From Octopus vulgaris (Eukaryota): 64,000 nt of DNA. Numbering within the stretch: position 1 is the stretch's first letter; each line of letters opens with the position of its first letter. Shown piece by piece: positions 13,869 through 27,105 of the stretch. The notes under the pieces were generated by a model that saw only the letters and a program-made list of their open reading frames with translations, was not told where the DNA came from and did no database searches. The translations under genes and the position numbers were made by a program. Where the stretch lies: assembly GCA_951406725.2 (NCBI GenBank), contig OX597817.1, positions 101,494,001 through 101,558,000 on the forward strand. The letters run 5' to 3'.

Positions 13869-14567
13869 CATAGATGCAGTAGTCTAATATAAACACTGTT
13901 TACATTATACAGTCACATACACATACATTATCGTGTACAGTCACACACCTGTTTAATTAAAATGTACAGTAGCTACAAATGACTGCTGGTTCAGTCTGTA
14001 GCAAATTCTACCGAATAACGCTGTTTCTGGAGTGATAATCAGTCATTGCTGATTTTCAAAATGCAGATTTGGACACTAAATTAAAAACTAACACGCTGCA
14101 TTGTTTGGTATCAAATTATTTTTATATGATTTAATACATACACATACATAACTATAAACTCAAATACATCCGTGCATACATCGATGACTAAATACCATGT
14201 TATTTAACTTTTCTTTGCACACATGTTTCGCTTCAATATTTCGAAATGTGTTCAACTTCAATTATAAAATATTTACTGTTTGCGTTGGAGGCATTTACTA
14301 CACGTTGGTTCTTTATTATATGTCCATCAAAAACATACTTCATATTTATTTTACATTTCATATGACAAAACATTTAATATATATATAATAAATATAATTT
14401 TGTAAAGAAAAGTTTTCATCGACGATCTCCTAATAAGCACAATCAGTTGCTGGCAACATTTTATTTATATCAATATATTGAGAATTTTTACGTAATTTCC
14501 TTTATGGAACGGAAGTTTTATACGAATAATGAGCATGTCGTTGCAACAATGTATTTTTATACGTTTT

Positions 14568-14573
14568 AATAAA
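14568..14573 (+). terminator. Candidate polyadenylation signal of the VWA gene (alternative AATAAA at 14387)
   Basis: AATAAA followed about 20 nt later by a GT/T-rich tract TCTGTGTATTCGTTTTTATTTT. Confidence 0.4.
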
Positions 14574-15639
14574 TGAAATTGATTATAAAATGATCTGTGT
14601 ATTCGTTTTTATTTTATATTAATGAAAATTGAACGTATTCGACTTCCAAGTCCATATCTAAACTCTGAAAAAAATATTAAAGATAACAACCAGATATATT
14701 GTCTAAAATCAATGAAATGCACGAACTTAATTAACTTCTACTCTTTATACTGTCGACTTGAGTATTATTCCACTTGTAAAGTTACAGAAGAAAGCATAAT
14801 TTAAAACATCAAACGCTGAATGTTCAGAAATGGTCACTACTTTTCTTGAAAAGTCCATCCAACACTATATTGTCATTTCCAACTTGTACCTCAAATTAAA
14901 TTTAAAATGAAAATGAAAATTTCCGAGCCTTTGATAACCGGTACTATAAATATGAGGTCTATAACTTACAGTGAAAATACGAGTTTGGTGCTCAGTATCA
15001 CGCCATGTATATTTTTTACTATGTAAGGTTTTGAATTGCTTTCTTTGTTAAAGAATTTTCAACTTTTAACTCTATTATACTTTTATAATGTATATTTTGA
15101 AAAGGTTCATACCACTTTGCAGGTTTACATTTCTTGAACATAAAAGGGTGAATAGTAATAACAAATTAGTTGTCTATTTAAGCAGTTCTGAGTGAAGCCT
15201 TATATAAGCAATTTGTTTCATATATGTACATAATAATGATGCCTTTATAATAATTATAATTTCAAATTTTGGCACAATGCCAGTAAGTTTTAAGTTGATG
15301 ACATCTGCCCCTATGTTCAACGAGCACTTATTTTATCGACCCCGGAAGGATGAAAGGCAAAGCCGACTTCCGACATGCTCTACCATCTCCTCTCCTTAAT
15401 AATGATACAAAAATTAATGATAATAATAAGTTTTAATGTCAATAACGATTTCTTACATTCGCACAAAATCAGGGTTCTAGTACTGATTTTATCGATATCG
15501 GTAGGGGGTAAAACGAAGTCGAGCAAATCTAGATTTGAATGCAGGACGTAAAGATACGCACCTGAAAAAGAATTTAATTTGGGACTCTACATTTAGTCCT
15601 GGTGTTGATATTCTGGAAGATAAGAAAGACAAATAATAT

Positions 15640-16770
15640 TTCTAGATGTGTTAAAGGTTGTCTTTAAAGAAGAGCAATTAACTGATCCCTCTACAGGAGA
15701 CAAACTTGAAATCATCGAACGATTGTTACCGACACCACATACACTAATAAAATGTGTAAGCAATAAATGAACTGGAAAACTAACCACAACCCACAAATCG
15801 ACTCTAATCCTTTTCGATATTTCCAAAGCAATGGAGATATCTACAGAGAAGTGGATTCGCAATATCGAGGGACACGCACTCGATAGGTGACGGAAGAACC
15901 TTACTTTGACCATGAATTACCTTGGCTGCAAGCTCACAAAAGAAACCAACTTGAGGACAGCTGACTACCCTGATGTGACTTTGGTCTTGGAATCCGGTAC
16001 CTATAGGTACCTTATGAAACCAAATGAGAGGCTTACATACATTAAAACAACTTCCTACTATCCAGCCTTACAAGGACCTAGCTAAAAGGATCAGCAGAAG
16101 AATTTCCGACCTATCTTTAAGAAAAGAGACTTTCGGTGCTGCTGCCTCAACTACAACGAGACTCTAGATTCCTATAGTTTTAAGGACAAGATTAGTTACC
16201 AACTCCACAAGAGAAACTGCCATCGCAAGTTATGGTTCAAATGCCTCTTTCTCCTTAAGCGTTAAAAAACTGTAGTTAAAATCTTCATTAGCTCAGTGCG
16301 CACCTAGTATAAAGAAAATATTAGTAAGTTGGCCCACTCCTTAGACAGATGTCGTATGCCCATGCGGAGGTAACTCCAAATGTCCCCTTAACGCCACTGC
16401 AATACGGAGACGATCATGAATGAGGTAGAGGTAAGTCAAAAGATCGCAATGGATACTCAAGCGTCCAGAAGTGTGAGAGCGTGACAGACGGTCCTTTCAG
16501 GATAGATTAAACGATCATAAGTCCACGAGAAACCAAAATATCTCAGCCCTGGCTAAGCATATATGATCGTTGAAGGAAAGCGCCACACATTACAATATCA
16601 AGTGGAAAACCTTAGATAAATGCATGCAAAACTTATTTTAATAGTAGCAGAAAGTAGAGTCTATGCCTAGCGGAGCAATGAATTTTGTTAAAAACTTTTT
16701 CTGTGAACATCTACCTAAGCTGCAGAAACAAACTTTTCAACCCGTGTCCGCATAAGAAAAAGTGACAAAG
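15640..16770 (+). mobile_element. Highly degraded Penelope-like element (RT end to GIY-YIG)
   Basis: Frameshifted remnants YPDVTL...YRYLMKPN, LAKHI*SLKE...YNIKWKTLD, LCLAE and CPHKKK, typical of PLE C-termini. Confidence 0.65.
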
Positions 16771-16778
16771 TACATATA

Positions 16779-16840
<62 letters not shown>

Positions 16841-16989
16841 GAAATAGAAAGATGAATAATCTTGTTGCAGATTAATCAAAAGTTTAACCGATACCTTGGT
16901 AGCAAGAATCACAGCAGAAGACAGCACGGTTGGAGGTACAACCATATGGTGTTGCAACCATGCGTTGGTGCGGATAATTGAATTTTAAT

Positions 16990-18600
16990 ATTATTAGTGA
17001 ATTGAAGAAATGGAGTTGAACGAAGATTGAACAGAAATCGTTTTATTGCATTCTACACGTGTTTCGAAAGCCACAATTTACCAAATTCCGATTGAATAAG
17101 GAGACCATATTGTGTCTTTCTCTTCAGGAAGAAATAGGAAATCCGTTGGAAAAAACAAAAACAGAACAGAGGCGGAGCAAAACAAATCGAACGAGGCTCC
17201 TAAGAGCCCATGGCCAAACTGTTTATCAATGTATGTTGAAATCGGGTGGTGGGTGCGTTGAAGATTTTAACAGGTCAGGCAGCGGTCATTCCGGTGGGTG
17301 AGAGCACGGGGTGCGTAGATGTTCTTTGTGACCGAGACTAAAGTTCTGACCATTTAAAGAATATTAGGTGTATTATATGGGGCGAGCCAAAATCTACTTA
17401 GAAACATGTGTGTGTGTACTGTTCTATATGTGCGCGGCCGCAAGTTGGTAAGAAGCGCTACACACTGGTCACTGCTGAGAAATCCGTCAGGGGGTAGAAA
17501 ATATTTTATGTGTTCGTATGTGCGTTTAATCGCGCGGCCGTCAGTTGGTAAACAGCCCTACACAATGGTCACTGCTGAAAAATCCGTCAGGCGGCAGAAA
17601 AATATTTTATGTGTGCGTGTGTTCGTCTAATCATGCCTTGTCAAAGAAACCTCCCGTCGTCAAAACAAAACACCATTCGTCTCCTGGGAGTAATTCCCCT
17701 TGCAATGGTTAATCATATTTCTCTTAAAAGCTTTTTCAAAATTTATTTCCAAGGGCTATTTTCATATAAGTAGTGTAACCGGGTGCAGGTATTATTTATA
17801 AGCGTTATTTATAAGCAAGATAAGTATAACGCCGCCAATGGGGGCATCGAAAAGCCGGCTGTAAAAGTCCGTTTACCATCCGGTCTCTGGCGAACAATAT
17901 ATGGAAGAGCTCGGAGACACAAAGGTTGCACTTCCTTCTGCCCCTATCAAATGGGAGGGCCACCGACAAAATTGACCATTCCAGCCTGTAGCTTGAGTTC
18001 GTATTCTTCAATCGCCATATTAGCTTGCTAAGTCCCGTGGTCTGGCATTTATTCACGTCTCGAAAAGTTGCGTAATGGTTGGAGATTCGTAAGGCCAATT
18101 TTCCTTTATGTATTGGGCGAGAGGGTCTCCAAATTTTAGCAGTGATTCCTGATACATTGTTTTTTCTAAGAAACCCATTGTAAGATTGGCAATGGTAGGT
18201 GCTGCTTTCGTACCTATCGCAATTCTAGATTTTTGGCGGTAGAAGGTAGTATCAAATAGGAAGTGAATATTATGGAGGATAAATTTCATGGATTCAATGA
18301 TGAATTCTTTGTTTATTCGTTCTGGTATTACTTCTGGATGTTGTTCCAGCCAGAATCGAATTGCTTCTATCCCATAACTATGTGGTATGTTGGAATATAA
18401 GTTCATGACATGGAATGTAACCATGAATGTTTTTTCCTCGACCTGTTCTGGGAAGTGGTTTAACATGTCCAAATCATCTCTGATGTAACTGTTGATGTGT
18501 TTTAGGTATGGCTTCAGGAGAATGTCCATGAAGGAACGTAATCGGTGAGTTTCACAGGATAGGCCAGCTATGATGGGTCGTAATTTTAGGTCTCCTGGTA
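16990..18600 (-). mobile_element. Penelope-like element (RT fragment, internally deleted, GIY-YIG C-terminus, pLTR with hammerhead)
   Basis: ORF 18053..18529 (LDILLKP...LYSNIPH...IAIGTKAAPTIANL) and ORF 17805..18098 (GLSKLIWRLK...WSIL...CNLCVSE). A ~100-bp internal direct repeat lies at 17425-17620. Confidence 0.85.
17051..17130 (-). ncRNA. Minimal type I hammerhead ribozyme, intact core
   Basis: Minus strand: TTC CTGAAGA GAAAGACACAAT..ATTGTGGCTTTC GAA ACACGTGT A / GAA. Palindromic stem III, GUA cleavage triplet. Confidence 0.8.
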
Positions 18601-18760
18601 TTCACTTGTGCGTCCGAAAATCTAATTTATGTGATCAGATGCTCGGGCTGCCTAAAAGATCATGTCGGAAATACAGGAAACCTAAACTCCGAGTATTACT
18701 ATGAAATTTACTGATTGTCCTAAATTATACATATACATACATACATACATACATACATAT

Positions 18761-19070
18761 ATCACGTGATCACGTGACTGACCAGGCTATCAGAGGTTGC
18801 TACACATCGCTGGTCACACTTCGCTTCGCATTGTTTTAGCCTTCAAATGACGCCACCCCACTGGCTAAGCGAGCAGGCCTACAGAAGAAAGAGTGAAAGA
18901 AAGTTGTGGCTAAAGAGTACAGCAGGGACCGCCACCACCCCCTGTCATAGCCTCGTGGAGTTTTAGATGTTTCCGCTCAATAAACACTCACAACGCCTGG
19001 TCTGGGAATCGAAACCGCGATCCTACGACCGCGAGTTCGCTGCTCTAACCACTGGGCCATTGCGCCTCCA
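18761..19070 (-). mobile_element. tRNA-derived SINE, family C (tRNA-Arg-like head)
   Basis: Minus strand begins GGAGGCGCAATGGCCCAGTGGTTAGAGCAGCGAACTCGCGGTCGTAGGATCGCGGTTTCGATTCCC (A box, TCG at the anticodon position, B box), then a non-tRNA body; flanked by microsatellites. Confidence 0.8.
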
Positions 19071-19426
19071 CACACACACACACACACACATACATATATA
19101 TATATACAAATATATATATACACACACTCACACACACTCTAACACACACACACACATACACACATCACTACTACCACAACGGGCTGCCCAACATTAACCT
19201 GTACATTTAGATGCCTCTTACAACATACACTGCAATTTAAACATCACAAGACATCTCATCAATAAACAAGGTAAACAATGAAGTGTGTTGTTGTTGTTGA
19301 CTGGACACATATTGAGATGGATAACATGTAAGGATAGCAATATGTGCTGGATAAATATCTTCACTATAACGTTACAGTTTTTGCTTAAGACAGCCGATGT
19401 GTTATTTGCTTTATTCTTTCGCAAAA

Positions 19427-19648
19427 ATGTCAACAAATGACGATTTTGCCCAAAAAACTGATGTGGAAATCAAAAACCCTGAAGAACATTATGTGGTCAT
19501 TGAATACTGTGATGCCTGAGGTGGATGGAAAGAGATGAATTCACTCCGTAAAGACATCCAGAAAGAATTTCCTGAAGCTAAAGTTGTAGACATTATTAGC
19601 AAGACTTTGGGTGCCTTTCAAATTTCTGTCAATGGTCAGTTTATTCAC
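19427..19648 (+). pseudogene. Intronless, 3'-truncated selenoprotein W-like (Rdx family, CxxU) copy; probable processed pseudogene
   Basis: Translation MSTNDDFAQKTDVEIKNPEEHYVVIEYCDA-U(TGA 19517-19519)-GGWKEMNSLRKDIQKEFPEAKVVDIISKTLGAFQISVNGQFIH matches the SelW/Rdx pattern (YCxxU...EFP...G-F-I-V-G-IHSK). It runs into (TA)n; no SECIS seen. Confidence 0.8.
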
Positions 19649-19708
19649 ATATATATATATATATATATAATAATATAATATTAGAGACAAAATAGTGGTT
19701 TTGTCTCT

Positions 19709-19761
<53 letters not shown>

Positions 19762-19777
19762 TACATACATACATTCA

Positions 19778-19808
<31 letters not shown>

Positions 19809-21199
19809 TTAACAAAATGAGGTAACAAAGCGAAGGCTATGAGGAGTTTACAGTACATTTATAAGGAAAAACATATAGATATAGTCTTACAGCTGTTTCT
19901 GGTATATTATGGATATCACTTCATGAGAGACGATGTGAGATGGTTAAATAGAGGTAAATATTTGAGTTCGAAGTAAGGAATTATAATAGAAAAGGGGGAG
20001 ATAGAAAATATAGAAGGAAATACGAGAGCTAAAGTAGAAATAAAATATAAATAATTGTTGTTGCAGTTCTATTATTCGAGTAAAGTTGTGTATAGAAGTG
20101 GTAAAAAAAGTTTCCTTTACATGGTATGTAAGTTCCAATAGTAGTTAATGTTTAGTCATTTCAAAGTATGGAGCCGTGGATTCTGTGATGCTCATTCGAA
20201 AGTGTTTTGTGGTGTGAATGAAAATTTGAGAATGTCTTGGTAGTATTTGTGGATAGATGGAGGAGGGAGAGATGTGTATGATTAGAATGAGGAGATTGGT
20301 CAAAATGAGAACAGGAAGAGAAAATGAGAGGAAGAAAGAGACAAAAAAAAAGTGTAAATAAAATAAGATGAAAGAGAAAAAGAGACAAAAACAGTGAAAA
20401 GAGTGAAAGTGAAGAAAGGGCGAAAGAAGTGAGAAAAGGAGTGTTAATTGGTGGTCAAGATAATGTGAGGGGAGGATGGGAGAGGAGTGGGGGAGGGATA
20501 GGAAGAGATGAGATGGTAAGGAGTAAATAAGTGTGAGATATGTGAGTAGGGGTGATATGATATGGTTGCATTAAAGGATGAGTAGAGAAAAGATACGGGT
20601 GGGGTGATACCAAAGTGAGTATTAGTTTTAGTAGTAAAATTTAAAGTAGAGGGAAGAATACAAAGATGTCAAATTTCTACAAATAGACGTATGTGATAGG
20701 TAGGAATCAGAGAGGAGGAAAGAAGGTACATAAGTACGAGCGCACACGCACATATACATGTGCGAATATGCATACATAGATACACACACATACATGCATA
20801 CGCACATACATACGCGCATGCGCACACGCGCTTACACACAGTCACACACAAGCGCGCATACAGGTACTTACGTAGACATATATACACATACACACTCTCA
20901 CTCATATATATTTGTATATATATAAGCACGTACGCATACATACACACACATATATATGTATGTATATATGTGTATACATAAAAATACATGCACACACATT
21001 TACACACACACATGTATCCGCTTGTATGTCCATATATGTAATATTTAATAAGTGAGATCCTTAAAGTAAGATAGGTGATCTAAAAATTAAAGGTTAAAAA
21101 TTAAAATGAAGATAAAGTCAATGGTCAGTTTATTCACATATATATATATATATATATAATAATATAATATTAGAGACAAAATAGTGGTTTTGTCTCTAA

Positions 21200-21247
<48 letters not shown>

Positions 21248-21263
21248 TACATACATACATTCA

Positions 21264-21294
<31 letters not shown>

Positions 21295-22544
21295 TTAACA
21301 AAATGAGGTAACAAAGCGAAGGCTATGAGGAGTTTACAGTACATTTATAAGGAAAAACATATAGATATAGTCTTACAGCTGTTTCTGGTATATTATGGAT
21401 ATCACTTCATGAGAGACGATGTGAGATGGTTAAATAGAGGTAAATATTTGAGTTCGAAGTAAGGAATTATAATAGAAAAGGGGGAGATAGAAAATATAGA
21501 AGGAAATACGAGAGCTAAAGTAGAAATAAAATATAAATAATTGTTGTTGCAGTTCTATTATTCGAGTAAAGTTGTGTATAGAAGTGGTAAAAAAAAGTTT
21601 CCTTTACATGGTATGTAAGTTCCAATAGTAGTTAGTATTCTGGATAGTGCCAGTAGATTGGGTTATGGTTGTAGTCTAACGTATGGTGTTCAATGCTGGA
21701 GCTGCGTACATGTTAGGCACTCGTGTATAACGGAGTTGTTATTGAAAAGAAAGAGAAAATGAGAGGAAGAAAGAGACAAAAAAAAGTGTAAAAAAACAGT
21801 GAAAAGAGTGACAAAAACAGTGAAGAAGAGAAAGTGAAGAAAGGGTGAAAGAAGTGAAAAGGAGTGTTAATTGGTGGTCAAGATAATGTGAGGGGAGGAT
21901 GGGAGAGGAGTGGGGGAGGGATAGGAAGAGATGAGATGGTAAGGAGTAAATAAGTGTGAGATATGTGAGTAGGGGTGATATGATATGGTTGCATTAAAGG
22001 ATGAGTAGAGAAAAGATACGGGTGGGGTGATACCAAAGTGAGTATTAGTTTTAAAAAATTTAAAGTAGAGGGAAGAATACAAAGATGTCAAATTCTACAA
22101 ATAGACGTATGTGATAGGTAGGAATCTGTGTGAGAGGAGGAAAGAAGGTACATAAGTACAGGCGCACACACACATATACATGTGCGAATATGCATACATA
22201 GATACACACACATACATGCATACGCACATACATACGCGCATGCGCACACTCATGTGCGCTTACACACAGTCACACACAAGCGCGCATACAGGTACTTACG
22301 TAGACATATATACACATACACACTCTCACTCATATATATTTGTATATATATAAGCACGTACGCATACATACACACACATATATATGTATGTATATATGTG
22401 TATACATAAAAATACATGCACACACATTTACACACACACATGTATCCGCTTGTATGTCCATATATGTAATATTTAATAAGTGAGATCCTTAAAGTAAGAT
22501 AGGTGATCTAAAAATTAAAGGTTAAAAATTAAAATGAAGATAAA
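19628..22544. repeat. ~1.45-kb tandem duplication (19628-21116 and 21117-22544) of a PLE pLTR-like segment plus flank
   Basis: Both units start GTCAATGGTCAGTTTATTCAC and end AAAATGAAGATAAA. They are near-identical except for a central segment. Confidence 0.9.
19884..19931 (-). ncRNA. Hammerhead motif with mutated core (CUCAUGA); second copy at 21370-21417
   Basis: Minus strand: GTCT CTCATGA ... GAA ACAGCTGT A / AGAC. Stem I and palindromic stem III are intact; G5->C should inactivate it. Confidence 0.6.
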
Positions 22545-23110
22545 GGAAAGTTAAGTAGGGTTGTTGGGGTTTACCTAGGGGTGTTGTGGATATATGTTGT
22601 GTGGTTATTTAGGTTGCATTTAGATTTGTGGTAAAATTTGAAGGTATCAAAAAATCGTTGGTTGCATGTACTTTAGGCCTCTTTATATTTATTTAGTAGT
22701 GTCGTGTAGTTGTGGAATGCTTCTTTTAGGCATAACTTGACCTTGGTATGGAAGCCCTGAATCTATTATTGACCACGACAAAGTGTAGGGAATATTTCTA
22801 TTTTTGAGATGATGTATGTGACTGGCGAGTGTTGTGGATTTACTGTGTTTCTTGTATCTAAAAGAATTGCGATGAGCTCGGCTTATCGCTGCTTAAAATT
22901 TATGGTTGACCCTATGTCTATAGCTGTAGAATTGTGTAAGGTGTTGAGGACGGTGCATTTATAAATTATATTAGATCTACAATAGGTTTATAGAGGGCAG
23001 ATGGACCCAGGTCGGCAGTTACAAGTGGGTGAAATTTGGGGATTCTTTCCAGGAATGGAGGCGGTGATACTGTCAGAGGGGAGGTTACAGATGAGGGTAG
23101 AAAGATCTAC
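22545..23110 (-). mobile_element. Penelope-like element, GIY-YIG coding end
   Basis: Minus strand CNCRPGSICPL...NLIYKCTV...IGSTINFKQR...HRNSFRY...STTLASHIHHLK...YTLSWSII. It runs into the duplicated pLTR-like segment. Confidence 0.8.
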
Positions 23111-23123
23111 GTTATTATTATTA

Positions 23124-23195
<72 letters not shown>

Positions 23196-23283
23196 GTGAG
23201 AGAGCAGTTCATGCCATCAAAGTGACACTGGGGTAAAATATACGAAGCCCAATATACCCATCATGACTACCCGTCTGATAAGG

Positions 23284-23339
<56 letters not shown>

Positions 23340-23492
23340 CGTTATTATTGCTATCGTAGTTGTTAATTAATCTATCTCTAACGGTGATGGAAGTTGTGTT
23401 AGTATTCTGGATAGTGCCAGTAGATTGGGTTATGGTTGTAGTCTATATATATATATATATTGTTCAATATATATATATACTTTTGTTGTGTG

Positions 23493-23528
<36 letters not shown>

Positions 23529-23736
23529 AGAGAAACGAGAGGCCCATAATAAATTAAGAGAGTGGAAAGTCGTAGTCACTAGAACAAGAGGGAGAATTGG
23601 AGTCTAAGCACTTAGTTCTTGACTCTTCTAGAGGGTGTATACCATAGAATAGAGCGTCCACCACTTTTAGAATATATCTTTATCTTTTTCCTTTTAAATA
23701 TCTTGAAAACTCTTCATAGCGTTGGCTTTCATTTTC

Positions 23737-23865
<129 letters not shown>

Positions 23866-23981
23866 TGCTAATACGAGACCCACATTAAACTCCTCAGTCG
23901 TATCACTATCGAACCAAGAGTTTAACTACGGTCTGTCTATAGCACTTACTCATTGACTCTTCTAGATACCAATGCCTCTCA

Positions 23982-24013
<32 letters not shown>

Positions 24014-24052
24014 ATACATATATGTATATATATGTATGTATATATATGTTTA

Positions 24053-24088
<36 letters not shown>

Positions 24089-24278
24089 TGTATGTATGTA
24101 TGCTTTGTTATCACATTCTGTTTAATATATACAGTCAAGTTTTAGCTGCTATTTCCAGCGTGATGATATATCTTAGATATCCTAAATTATAATTTTAATA
24201 ATAATCATTAGCTATGAAGGTTTTTTTATTCCCATGCTGGCCACTTGATGAGATCGATATTTAGATTAACAATTTTAT

Positions 24279-24330
<52 letters not shown>

Positions 24331-24424
24331 TAAATTTTATATTTTATATATTTTGTACATTATATTTTTATTTTAATGTTTTAGGTTATGTTTTCACTGT
24401 TTAATTTGCCTAATAGTGGTTTTA

Positions 24425-24485
24425 TCTCTAATTTAATTTATATATATATAATTTGTATACATTTGTATATATAATGCGTACACGT

Positions 24486-24548
<63 letters not shown>

Positions 24549-25428
24549 GTGTGCATTATGTGGTCGGTTGTGCTGAAAATATGCACACCTATGTTAAAAT
24601 TGCTGGCAAGTTTGCATGACAACTATTTTTTCCTCAAATGAAAGGCGTGACCTCTAGGACAAAATTCCTCATCTTATAAAATGTGGCCCGAGTAGACCCG
24701 AATGAAATCGGGTTATATTAACCAAAATGTGAAAAGGGGTCTAAATGGGGCTGGAAGGTGATTAAAATTTACAGGAGCGGGTGTTTAGGAATTCTCTGTT
24801 ACATCAAGCTAAAAGATTTGCGCTAGCCTTTAAATCGTTAATGTGTTGTCGTCCATGATGAAGAAGTTTTGAATGCTTGCCATGGTGAGTCTACTGTCGT
24901 GAGAAAGAATCACTTCAAAACTTGGTGTTTACGAATTTTCTTTTGCAACAACTTCAAAATTTTACGCCAGCCGTTAAACTGCCACTACGTTGCTGTCCGA
25001 CGTTAAGAAATGCCAGCCATGGTGACTCTACTATCCTCAGATTCTATCCCTTCAAACTTTGGTTTCCAATATATATATTATTTTTATTCAGCTCGCAAGT
25101 TCGTCTGTCCCTTTTAAATGTTAGTGTTTTGCTGTCCGCCTTGAAGCAGACCTTTCCGTTGTCACTGCCTGATATTTATGATTGATCTTTCAAAATATTT
25201 TACTTTCTCAACTTACTCAAGATCTTTTGTTGTTTATAAATGGGATAGAGATAGAGAAAGATAGAGAGTAAGAGAAAGCGAGGGAGAGTCCGACAGAAAG
25301 GAATTGTAAGAGAGTGGGAAAGTGAGAGAGAAAGGAGAGAAAAACAAAGAGGGAGAATGTGGTGATAAAAAAACAGAAAGTAAGAACCACACTCTTACCC
25401 GCGCGTAGAGCGGGTCACCTTAAGCTAG
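24425..25428 (+). mobile_element. Non-autonomous Helitron (3' end clear, 5' end uncertain)
   Basis: 3' hairpin ACCCGC-GCGTAGA-GCGGGT (25397-25415), then CTAG at 25425-25428. Confidence 0.6.
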
Positions 25429-26014
25429 TCTATATTATAATTCTGAAATGCGAAAAGTTTGTTTGTTTGTCTGGTTTTGGCATTGAGAACGGGCTAAAGG
25501 CCACTAGATCCCGTCGGATTTACAGGGACATGTAAAATGAGGTGAGGATGAGAGTGGGCTAGTTTAGAAATCCCTATCTTGAAAGGTGTCGTTGCTAGGG
25601 CAAAAAACGCACACTTGTCTCCTCTCATACTTTTATGTATCTGTCTTCCTCCGTTTCTCTCTCTTTCCTCCCTTCCCTTCACTTTCTCTCGATAACGTCG
25701 TTTCACAGCGTCCTATATCTTCCCCCGCCGCCTTCGACAGTGATTTCACACTCTCTCTCTACATCTGTCTGCATTCATAGAGAGAATTATCATCGCCACC
25801 ACCACCACCACACAATCATGAGAACAAATATCATGAATCAGATATTTATTGGGTTAATTTAAATGTGTGTGTGTGTGTGTGTTCTATATATAAATATGTA
25901 TATATAATGTATATAAACAAAGTGTATATATCTGTATATATATATATATATATATATATTTGTATATATTTATGTATACCACACTCTTACGCAGAGCGGG
26001 TCAACTTAAGCTAG
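25429..26014 (+). mobile_element. Non-autonomous Helitron, second unit, head-to-tail with the first
   Basis: 5' TCTATATTATAA...AAAGTTTGTTTGTTTGTCTG; 3' ACTCTTACGCAGAGCGGGTCAACTTAAGCTAG followed by T. Confidence 0.75.
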
Positions 26015-26042
26015 TATATATATATATTCATATATATATATA

Positions 26043-26305
26043 TTCTCTTTTTATTCTTTCACTTTCATGGGAACTGTGGGAGCACCGCCTTCAAATGTTT
26101 TTAGTCGAGCAAATTGATACAAGAACTTATTTTTTTAAGTCTAGTACTTATTCTATCGAGCCTCTCTCTCCTTTGCCGAACTAGTTTATAAACACACCAG
26201 CATCGGTTGTTAATCTATAGTAGAAGACACTTACGTAAGGTGCTATGAGACTGAACTCGAAACAATATGGTTGGAAAGCAACCTTCTTACCACACAACCA
26301 CGCCT
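26043..26305 (-). mobile_element. SINE family B (CORE-type), internally deleted
   Basis: Matches 31175-31556 in blocks (TTTAGTCGAGCAAAT, CCAGCATCGGTTGT, TAGAAGACACTT, TTACCACACA). Confidence 0.75.
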
Positions 26306-26824
26306 ATATATATCAACCAGACTATCGGATGTGCTTATATGACATGATGCGCTTCCTCGTATTGTAACTTTCGAATGCTGCCACCCTGTTATGTAGGCGA
26401 TCTGGCCACATTTCCACTGAACAGAAGGCAAATCTATTGGACATAATACACACATAAAGCTGAGTAGGCTAAAGCAAAGTGAAATGAAGTGTTTTACTCA
26501 AAAACAAGGCGTTGCCAGTCAGAGAATCGAAATTCGATCGTGTGTGTGTACATCCACATATACTTATGTACGCATATGCATGTACACAGTACATACATAC
26601 ATACACGCTCACCCACACACACACATGCACACACCCACACAAATATACACACACATACATATGTACATACATATAAATATGTATTATGTATGTGTGTATA
26701 TATGAGTGTGTGTGTGTTTATCTATCTTTCTAACTATACGCACATATGCTTATAAATACAGGCACGCAAACATACATATGTATGTACAATATATATGTAC
26801 AAATAAATATATTTACATATATAT

Positions 26825-26882
<58 letters not shown>

Positions 26883-26908
26883 GAGAGCGATATAGATATA
26901 TATATATA

Positions 26909-26944
<36 letters not shown>

Positions 26945-26996
26945 GAGAAAAAAAGTCAAGATAGAAAATGTTAAAATAATGTTATAAAAAACATTT

Positions 26997-27032
26997 CAGT
27001 ACCGGTTTCAGTCATTGAGACTTTTTCAGCTT
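26997..27032 (-). ncRNA. Minimal hammerhead motif, core CUGAAAA (C3/A8 mismatch)
   Basis: Minus strand: AG CTGAAAA AGTC-TCAAT-GACT GAA ACCGGT A / CT. Stem I is short. Confidence 0.6.
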
Positions 27033-27068
27033 TAAGTATGGAAAACATATATATATATATATATAAAA

Positions 27069-27105
<37 letters not shown>

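Noticed and set aside
19000-19070. tRNA genes at 19000-19070, 36978-37011 and 38970-39040
   Set aside because: A/B-box-like motifs are present but there is no proper acceptor stem, and each continues into a repeat body; these are SINE-type heads.
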